Source: an uncultured virus (IMG/VR IMGVR_UViG_3300029268_000005)
Taxonomy: Duplodnaviria; Heunggongvirae; Uroviricota; Caudoviricetes
IMG/VR virus record: IMGVR_UViG_3300029268_000005
DNA length: 64,000 nt
Strand: one strand, 5' to 3'
Below the pieces are notes generated by a model. That model was given only the letters and a program-made list of their open reading frames with translations. It had not been told where the DNA came from and made no database searches. Shown here in pieces: positions 57,157-64,000 of this stretch; position 1 is the stretch's first letter; each line of letters starts with the position of its first letter. The position numbers and the translations under genes are program-made.

Positions 57157-58404
57157 TTACTTACCGCACAGGTCAGTAATAGACTTGAGAATGGCCTGAA
57201 ACTGTTGAGCCTGTGCCGCATTCTTCGGTTGCCACTTGGGCTTAGCCGAAGCCTGCTTGTTGGCCATTTGAACGAGTTTGGCAGCTGCCTTGGCCTGAAC
57301 CGCAGCAGGATCAACGTTGGCCTGCGACAAGGCTTCCTGCAGCATTGCAAGCAGATCGGCTTGCTGACCTTCACCGCCGGCCATGCCGGCAAGAGCAGCG
57401 TCGCCACCTACGTCGCCCATCGGGGGCATTCCCTCAGGGCCTGCGCCCATCGGAGGCTCTCCCATCGGAGGAGCGCCACCACCGCCGGCCCCGCCAGCGC
57501 CCTGCAGAAGCTGCAGCAGGAGCTCAGGAGGGATCTCGTCGCCGCCACCGGCCATTCCCGCAGGAGCAGCGCCTGGCATGTCGCCCATCGGGGCTTCCGC
57601 CGCAGGATCTTCCGTCATCGAAGGCTCAGACGACTCGGTCTCTTCCTTCGGAGGCTTCGGATCCTCTTCTTCGGAGTCTTCACACTCCTCGGCCTGCTTC
57701 TGCGCTTGTGCGAAAAAAGCATCGTAGTAGTCTGCCAGCTTGGTAGCAGCTTCGTCGGCTATCAAGATGGTGTCGCGCAGAGACGTGACAACACCAGCCA
57801 CTTCGGCTTGCTTGTCATTGGCCGCAGCACCAACAACGGCTTGAGCCAAGGCGGCACCGGCCTGAGAAGCAGCCTTGGAAGGCTGAGCCGGCTTCTGAGC
57901 TTCCTTGTTCGAGGAGTCAAACGCCACAGCCAGCTTCGCAAGGATGCTTGTCCCCTGCGCATTGGCCTGATTGATAAGCGTTCGAAGCTCAGCAAACTTC
58001 TTCCCGTCTAACGAACTGTTGTCGGTACGGGCGGGGTGGCTGGATCCGGGATCGTCCTTCTCGGATTTGGCCGAGGAGGTTTCGTTGCTCGGATCTTCGC
58101 CAGTGGCCGCAACGGTAGCTCCGATATTCATCTGGAACTGATCCTGCGTACCAGGCGTGTTTTCCTTGGCGTTGTTGACGCCAATGGGTTGATCATCCTT
58201 GTTGTCCTTTTCGTTCTCCGAAGAACGAGCACCTTCTTGCGCAGGTGCAGTTCCATCATCGACGTTCTTGGACGGATGGGTCGTAGCGCCGCCAATGTTA
58301 GCGGGCTCACTGTTTGCCGAAGCCGACTTCTCCGGATTAACTTGCTGCAGCAAAGCAGCAATGCTGTTCCGAAGACTGGCTTGCTTATTGAACAAAGTAG
58401 TCAT
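57157..58404 (-). CDS. Putative prohead scaffold/core protein
   Basis: Low-complexity acidic and Gly/Pro-rich, with many KxA motifs; follows the protease. Confidence 0.65.
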   Translation of the reverse strand: MTTLFNKQASLRNSIAALLQQVNPEKSASANSEPANIGGATTHPSKNVDDGTAPAQEGARSSENEKDNKDDQPIGVNNAKENTPGTQDQFQMNIGATVAATGEDPSNETSSAKSEKDDPGSSHPARTDNSSLDGKKFAELRTLINQANAQGTSILAKLAVAFDSSNKEAQKPAQPSKAASQAGAALAQAVVGAAANDKQAEVAGVVTSLRDTILIADEAATKLADYYDAFFAQAQKQAEECEDSEEEDPKPPKEETESSEPSMTEDPAAEAPMGDMPGAAPAGMAGGGDEIPPELLLQLLQGAGGAGGGGAPPMGEPPMGAGPEGMPPMGDVGGDAALAGMAGGEGQQADLLAMLQEALSQANVDPAAVQAKAAAKLVQMANKQASAKPKWQPKNAAQAQQFQAILKSITDLCGK

Positions 58405-58449
58405 CCTTGAAATCTCCGTAGGATGATGAATGTGCTGTCTCGCAAAGTG

Positions 58450-59973
58450 TTACGCGACAACCTTATTTTGCAGGACTACACATTCAAGTGTCAACGGTAA
58501 TAGTTCTTCGGGCGTAGCCATACTGGCCAGGGCAGACAACTGATACAGGGCATACTGCTCTGCAATCTTCTGCGCCAACTCTCCACATGCCCCTGATTTG
58601 ATCAACGTACTTTTGGAGCGCAAACGTGTTTCTGCGTCCTTATACAAGGCAGCTCGTTGCGCACGATCTACGATTGAAGACAGCTCAAGCGAATGATCTC
58701 GGGTGAACTTATCAGCCCAGCTGCGCCGTTGTGCTGAGACCGGACCAACAGTAACGGCAAACGCACTTGAGGCAATCTTCGTGTAAACCACTGGATCCGA
58801 AGCCAGTCGGCCAAAAACACCAGGCAGTTCGTCTTCCGACAGCGATAAAAGCTGTGCTGTCTTTTCACGGTTATCTCCGGTTAACAACCGGACAAAATCG
58901 CGGAACGGCAAAAGTACTCTCCGGCTAGCCATGGCTGCTAGCTTCAAGTTTACCTCACCGGTATCCAGCGGTCCCAATTCTCGAATCTCTATCGGGCGCT
59001 GCTTACTCTCAGCTAGACCCAGGGCAAGAGCCTTGTGTCGTTCCGTCGTGTTTCCTTCCATAGCCGTCTCAAGCTGCGCCAGTTTGTGCAGCAAGACAGC
59101 CTGCTTCTGCGATGCCTTCTGATCGTTAAGGCGCAGTATTGTTCCGTAGCCGTTCTGATTGGCGTATATCTCGGCCAGTTCGGCACCACCGATAACATGA
59201 CCAGCGCTGGCTGCCTTTGTCATGTAGTCGGCTTTAGCACCCCAGGCACTAGGATCGGCAGGACGCCCGACCTTGGATATATCGAACCATCCGGGATTGG
59301 GATTGTCCACAAATTGCTGCAGACCGTCCCATGCCAATTTGGTGAGTCCGTCACGGCAGCCAAACATACGTCGGCCAGTTTCCGGACTGATGCACGTATC
59401 TTCAGTGCAGTACTCACTTCGATTGGCTGCCTTGTTATGGCAGTTTTGGCAGACATCGTAGTCGATTGTAGTGGCCATGCTCCACGGCAGGGCGTCACCA
59501 CGGTTCAAGGCATGCAGGTCGTCGTCAGGCATCACAAGACCGCCGTTACGTTCGGCAGCTTCCTTGGTGCCATTGCCGACAACTAGCAGCTCAATCCTGC
59601 GCATTGGCTCGTTGTATGCGGATGCAGCAACCTTGCCATAGCTCTTGTCAGGATCTTTGTTTTTGTGATTTCGGTAGTAACGGGCCTTAGTAACAAAGCG
59701 ACCATGATGCTCACGGCAATCAGCTTCCTTGAAGCCATCGCCATTGCGATTAGATCCAAAGCCCTCGGTGGCACAGACAGCGATCAAATGTATAGGAATG
59801 TCGCCACGGGCAATCTTGACGTTCTCAAGTGCCTTCGTCAGGGCATGATCAGCGCGCTTTAAGAATACGGCGCGGTCATGATTGGCAAGGCCACCGCTGG
59901 CCATCTTTACCAGTTGAGCGGGTTCTTCCGTCAACCTATCCCATGAGCCTACGCCTACAATTTTGTGCATCAT
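58450..59973 (-). CDS. Putative prohead (capsid maturation) serine protease with a Zn-binding insertion
   Basis: NRNGDGF, YRNHKNKDP (His), PWSMAT (Ser), DVCQNC..YC, FDISKVGRPADPSA; position upstream of scaffold and MCP. Confidence 0.75.
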   Translation of the reverse strand: MMHKIVGVGSWDRLTEEPAQLVKMASGGLANHDRAVFLKRADHALTKALENVKIARGDIPIHLIAVCATEGFGSNRNGDGFKEADCREHHGRFVTKARYYRNHKNKDPDKSYGKVAASAYNEPMRRIELLVVGNGTKEAAERNGGLVMPDDDLHALNRGDALPWSMATTIDYDVCQNCHNKAANRSEYCTEDTCISPETGRRMFGCRDGLTKLAWDGLQQFVDNPNPGWFDISKVGRPADPSAWGAKADYMTKAASAGHVIGGAELAEIYANQNGYGTILRLNDQKASQKQAVLLHKLAQLETAMEGNTTERHKALALGLAESKQRPIEIRELGPLDTGEVNLKLAAMASRRVLLPFRDFVRLLTGDNREKTAQLLSLSEDELPGVFGRLASDPVVYTKIASSAFAVTVGPVSAQRRSWADKFTRDHSLELSSIVDRAQRAALYKDAETRLRSKSTLIKSGACGELAQKIAEQYALYQLSALASMATPEELLPLTLECVVLQNKVVA

Positions 59974-61205
59974 TTCGGTTGTACCTTATCCTTAAATCGC
60001 TGCGCAAAATTAGACGAACCGCCCCATATCGCCGGCAAAACGAGACCAAGCAAGCTGGGCAATTTCTTTACCATGCCGGCACGCCCGACCCTAGACAGGC
60101 CACGTACCTGGGAATTCGAAAGGGTCGGCATATATTTGTTGGGCAGTGAGGGATCGTGCTGATCGGCCACGGCAGACAGCTGCGCCCTTAGTCGCGTAAA
60201 CCACGAGGCATTCGTTAGTTCTTGCTTGAGCAATGCCTGAGCTTCGGTTGCCAGTCGTTGTTCTTCTACTAGCGACTTGATCCTATCATTAACGTGCTTC
60301 ACGTTATCAGAGACAGTCTTACCCATACTGTGATAATCTGCCAAGATCTTAGGATCATTCACTTTGGCATCTTGCAGCTTCTTTATCAGGCCGTTGGTGT
60401 CCTTGTGCAGGGTCGAAAAAAGGCCTTCGTTTGTACTTGCTGCCGCTAGATCACTGGCAATTTCGGCAGACGACCGCAGGGGTATGCCTTCTGTAGGGTT
60501 AAACACGTCGAAACGATGTGTAGGCTGTGTTAACCAAGACTTGCCAAATTCAAAAGGCTTTTCGGCAGTACCTGTTATAACATTTGAAATATTACTTGGG
60601 TTGAATCTGCGAATCATCTCGGCCAAACCAAACAAGCCTGCACCGATTGGCATTTTTCTAGCCACATCGCCCACCAACGTAGGCTGTGCTTGTGCTGCCT
60701 CCTGGCTACGTCTAGTCAGCTCGTCAACCGCTGGATTGCCTGTGGTGGCATTTGGAGCCGCAGCAGGTGCAGCCGGTGTTACAGGTGCTGCTGGAGCTGC
60801 CGGGCCGCTAGAGGCAGCAGGAGCCGATGCTGACTCCTCAAGCTTCCTCTTGATAACCTCGTTCCAGTCCTTGCCTGTAGGCGTGCCAGGAAGCCCTTGG
60901 TAGGCCTTATACGCCAAACCAGCGCCACCACCAAGCAATCCACCGGACAGCGCCCCAGTCAGCATGGACTTGGGCATATTACGTTCTTCCTCGTCGCCCG
61001 CCAGGCCGGTGAGTCCACCAAGCAACGCCCCGCCACCAGCGCCCAGCAAAGCGCCGGCAATAGGCGTATGGTTTGTGGCAAACTCTTTGAGCTGTTCTAT
61101 AGCATCAGCCTGCTTCTCTGCCCGTAAGGCTTGGGCCGTAGATGCAATAGCCGCCAACTTGCGTGCCGCGTCTTGAACGCTGCCTTCAAACAAAGATTGA
61201 ATCAT
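59970..61205 (-). CDS. Glycine-zipper protein, probable internal head/ejection protein
   Basis: GALLGAGGGALLGGLTG..GALSGGLLGGGAGLAY after EKQA. Confidence 0.55.
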   Translation of the reverse strand: MIQSLFEGSVQDAARKLAAIASTAQALRAEKQADAIEQLKEFATNHTPIAGALLGAGGGALLGGLTGLAGDEEERNMPKSMLTGALSGGLLGGGAGLAYKAYQGLPGTPTGKDWNEVIKRKLEESASAPAASSGPAAPAAPVTPAAPAAAPNATTGNPAVDELTRRSQEAAQAQPTLVGDVARKMPIGAGLFGLAEMIRRFNPSNISNVITGTAEKPFEFGKSWLTQPTHRFDVFNPTEGIPLRSSAEIASDLAAASTNEGLFSTLHKDTNGLIKKLQDAKVNDPKILADYHSMGKTVSDNVKHVNDRIKSLVEEQRLATEAQALLKQELTNASWFTRLRAQLSAVADQHDPSLPNKYMPTLSNSQVRGLSRVGRAGMVKKLPSLLGLVLPAIWGGSSNFAQRFKDKVQPK

Positions 61206-62550
61206 CGTGCAGTACCTCGGCACCCTTGGTTCTATCTAGCCCGATGGCTTCCGTCTGCCGCATCGTTTTCTCGATGTTGGCAATCTGCTCAGCCTCAAAC
61301 GGCGCGACAGCGCCTTGTGTCAGCCGCTGACGTAACAAAGGTCGCATAATAGCTGGCTGGCTCGATACGTGCTGGCCCAGCTGAGCGATCTCGTTGTAGG
61401 CCGACAACACTTCATCAGGCTCGTGGCTGCTGATAACTTCATCGTTGTCCAGAAAGTCCTGCAACATGGCTCGCGCATAGATCTGGCGTATCTCATTCTG
61501 ATCGCCAGGAGTCGCAAGCTCGTCTGCAATAGACGAAGACATTTCACCAGGAGTCTTATCAGCGCCAGTCTGTCGGCCCCAGTTAGCTACGCCCGCCGTC
61601 ATACCGCCCATCAGAGCCGGAAAAAAGTTCGCTTCTTTCATCGTCGAAGAGTCCTGAAAGACAGACGAGCATATCTCGGCGTGTGATGGGCTCAACACAA
61701 AAGGGCGCAATTCGTCCTCCGCTACGTTGAACATAGCCATCTTGCAGTGTCGCTTTTCGGCTTCGGCCTTGTTGACGGCCTGGGCGCACTTGATCACATT
61801 GTGAATCAAGTTGTACGGCTCTTGTGTTTCAGCCACAGCAGTCAGCCTTGGCTTGAATGCAGCCTTACGCAACTCAAGATATTCGTTGCTCGCGTAGGCA
61901 ATATCCATAGCTAGCTTGGCTGGAGGGCCAAACAACTGACAGGCATAGTATTCAACTTCCGGTGTCTGAAGCCGGGCTATAGACGACTTTCGGAAGTAGT
62001 CATTCATCTCTTTTACCGACTCTCGGAAGTTATCGGTAAACCTGGCGGCAACAGAGCTCGCGTATTCGTAAGCCTGCTTGGCCTTCGTAATGGCCTTCAT
62101 CGGCTGCTTCTTTGCCGCCGGCTTCTTATTGGCGCAGGCTGCTTCCTTCTCAGTAAGCAACGACGGCAGCTTGGTTGACCATACGCCTGTTGAAGACTCA
62201 GGCCACGGATCAGGCGGTCGATCATACTCATCGGACACAGACAGAGCCGGCTCAGCTGAGGCGATCTTTTCCGGGTACAGTCTGGCCATGATGTTCTCGA
62301 TACGAGCAATCGGGAACTCGGCCAATTTCTCAAGAACACCGGTGTTCTGTTCACGCTGATACGCAGACCGGCCGACGTTGAAGGATCGAACAAGCAGTGG
62401 AATGTACGTGGAAGGTAGCCTGTGATCGGTGGCCACCTTAACAATGGCGTCATCAGGCGACACACCGTCGTCTGTGATAGACGCCATGCATTCTCGCACA
62501 GCTCCAACTAGCCGATCTTCAGCGGCCTTATCAAAGGGGGCAACCGCCAT
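61186..62550 (-). CDS. Head-region protein with multiple KxA motifs
   Basis: Start MAVAP after AAGGAG; EKIAS, EKEAA, MKEAN. Confidence 0.65.
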   Translation of the reverse strand: MAVAPFDKAAEDRLVGAVRECMASITDDGVSPDDAIVKVATDHRLPSTYIPLLVRSFNVGRSAYQREQNTGVLEKLAEFPIARIENIMARLYPEKIASAEPALSVSDEYDRPPDPWPESSTGVWSTKLPSLLTEKEAACANKKPAAKKQPMKAITKAKQAYEYASSVAARFTDNFRESVKEMNDYFRKSSIARLQTPEVEYYACQLFGPPAKLAMDIAYASNEYLELRKAAFKPRLTAVAETQEPYNLIHNVIKCAQAVNKAEAEKRHCKMAMFNVAEDELRPFVLSPSHAEICSSVFQDSSTMKEANFFPALMGGMTAGVANWGRQTGADKTPGEMSSSIADELATPGDQNEIRQIYARAMLQDFLDNDEVISSHEPDEVLSAYNEIAQLGQHVSSQPAIMRPLLRQRLTQGAVAPFEAEQIANIEKTMRQTEAIGLDRTKGAEVLHDDSIFV

Positions 62551-62551
62551 G

Positions 62552-63502
62552 TCACGCTCCTTGCTTAACGAATATCTCGGCACCGGGCATCGGCTCTAGC
62601 GTAATAGTCTGATCATTACTGATCAGCAGCGTTTCTTCGGCCCGCAACTCAGCAGCCGTTTCGGCAAATGGCTGCAGCGACTTGATCTGATTCTTCAGCG
62701 CTTCCTGACCGATCAACCACGGCAATGTGGTTAGGGACGCATGAACATTGGCACCCAGGTTCTGCCGTTGTGTATCGACGTGACCAATACGATCATCATA
62801 GGCCTGTTTGAGCCGCGCTGTAATGTCAAACAACTGCATCACATTCAGACGGTTCACCTGAAACACACGGGCGGCTATAGTCGATTTCCTAAGGAGGTAA
62901 CGTTCCCAACAACGAAACATCCAGTCGTGGACCTGATGCTGCGTTGTTGGGAGTCCTTCGTGTGTGCCGGCAAAAATGATTGCGTCGAGTACAACAGGCC
63001 CGCCAAAATAGCCAAACAGCTTATACAGCATTCCAGCGTAAGCGACGTCACTTTCAGTCGGCGCTTGGTGAATGGCAAAGTCACGAAGCACCGTGGTGAA
63101 GATGTAGTCTTTGAACGGCAGCCTGTCTCTAACATTGAAATATAGCTTCTCATACCAGTCCACGGAGGCTAGCGGCAGGCCGCTGTAGCTGTAAATTGAG
63201 TAATCATCCTGACCAGCCAAGATACGGGCCTGTAACACCTCACGCTTCAGCACATCCGGCCCAAAATGCATGTTGTATGCTAGGGCTATCGGAATGAAGC
63301 GACCCAGTACAGCGTCCTGTGCCTCAGCCGTAGCTGCGTCCCTGTACTGCTTGAGGAATCGGTTGTATTGCCGTATAGAATCGTCGTCGCCACGGCGAGA
63401 AGGATTACCACGAGGCGAACGCTCTACCAGCTGGGCAACACGCTGATGCCGCCAGGAAGGGTTGCGAAACGGGTTCAGTTGTTGGAATTCTGAAGTGAGC
63501 AT
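62552..63502 (-). CDS. Hypothetical protein
   Basis: 316 aa; ATG directly abuts palindrome copy 5. Confidence 0.7.
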   Translation of the reverse strand: MLTSEFQQLNPFRNPSWRHQRVAQLVERSPRGNPSRRGDDDSIRQYNRFLKQYRDAATAEAQDAVLGRFIPIALAYNMHFGPDVLKREVLQARILAGQDDYSIYSYSGLPLASVDWYEKLYFNVRDRLPFKDYIFTTVLRDFAIHQAPTESDVAYAGMLYKLFGYFGGPVVLDAIIFAGTHEGLPTTQHQVHDWMFRCWERYLLRKSTIAARVFQVNRLNVMQLFDITARLKQAYDDRIGHVDTQRQNLGANVHASLTTLPWLIGQEALKNQIKSLQPFAETAAELRAEETLLISNDQTITLEPMPGAEIFVKQGA

Positions 63503-63529
63503 AGATGTAATTAGCGCTAATTAAATCTA
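63502..63529. promoter_or_regulatory. Palindrome copy 5
   Basis: TAGATGTAATTAGCGCTAATTAAATCTA makes up the whole intergenic spacer. Confidence 0.85.
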
Positions 63530-63958
63530 CATGCCAGATTCGGTAAGAATCGTGTATCCGATGTGGAATGTAGCGGCGCTAACAGACTCCAATTCGATGT
63601 AAAGGGCTCCGGTCTGCCGAATGGTTACCGGACTTCGTTCGTCCATGTTCTCGTAGGCCCTGTCCAGCCCAAGGTCGGTGACGACCGTAGCTCCAGCGGC
63701 GGCAACGCCGTTATGCACAACGTGCACGTCAGGGTGGTGCAGGCTGATGAGGTCATCCGGATTGTCACTATCTTCAGAAATAGACGAACAGGCGTCTTCT
63801 CTGTCGAAAATAGAGAACGTGAAACCCTCGGCCGTACCGTCAATCTGCTTAATAATGAAGCGGTTGATGACACCGCGAATCGGTGCGCGAACAGCGAAGC
63901 ACGATTTGATACCGGCCTCTACCTCCACGCTTGTTACGTAGCTGATGGGCAGACCCAT
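63527..63958 (-). CDS. Hypothetical beta-rich protein, possibly structural
   Basis: 143 aa; AAAGG RBS. Confidence 0.65.
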   Translation of the reverse strand: MGLPISYVTSVEVEAGIKSCFAVRAPIRGVINRFIIKQIDGTAEGFTFSIFDREDACSSISEDSDNPDDLISLHHPDVHVVHNGVAAAGATVVTDLGLDRAYENMDERSPVTIRQTGALYIELESVSAATFHIGYTILTESGM

Positions 63959-64000
63959 GTGTCACCTTTCTATATCGAAGCAACGTCTTCAAGACTGGGT

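Noticed and set aside
55060..58011. Long plus-strand ORFs (322, 208 and 296 aa)
   Set aside because: Antisense shadows of the capsid, decoration and scaffold genes.
1..64000. DGR, tRNA/rRNA genes, transposases, alternative genetic code
   Set aside because: No reverse transcriptase, TR/VR pair, cloverleaf or transposase motif was recognised by eye; genes tile densely under the standard code with all three stop codons used.

Overview
The window is the virion-morphogenesis region of a large contractile-tailed (myovirus-like) phage or prophage, with essentially every real gene on the minus strand. Read in the direction of transcription (right to left) it contains: head genes (putative prohead protease, scaffold, decoration protein, major capsid protein); an island of seven small accessory genes; neck and tail-completion genes; sheath, tube, a gp5/VgrG-like hub, a tail-chaperone pair with a -1 slippery site, tape measure and baseplate genes, with a sigma-70 factor embedded among them; a membrane-protein plus papain-like protease cassette; and a long tail-fibre region. 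The fibre region holds five paralogous proteins, two collagen-like proteins, a radical SAM/SPASM enzyme and three glycosyltransferase genes. Cys-rich secreted-protein motifs suggest a Planctomycetota/PVC host (inference). The most interesting signals are: (1) a collagen-like fibre protein ending in a 128-aa domain with 30 Cys, next to a radical SAM/SPASM maturase and glycosyltransferases, i.e. a possible RiPP-like virion-modification system; (2) CsrA/RsmA-type CANGGANG mini-hairpins with covarying flanks at the RBS of major structural genes, plus a candidate RsmY/Z-like small RNA; (3) a 16-28 bp palindrome (core TAATTAGCGCTAATTA) at five intergenic sites; (4) an ACTAGCC box before the RBS of all seven accessory genes. 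All product calls come from motif reading and gene order only; no database searches were run.
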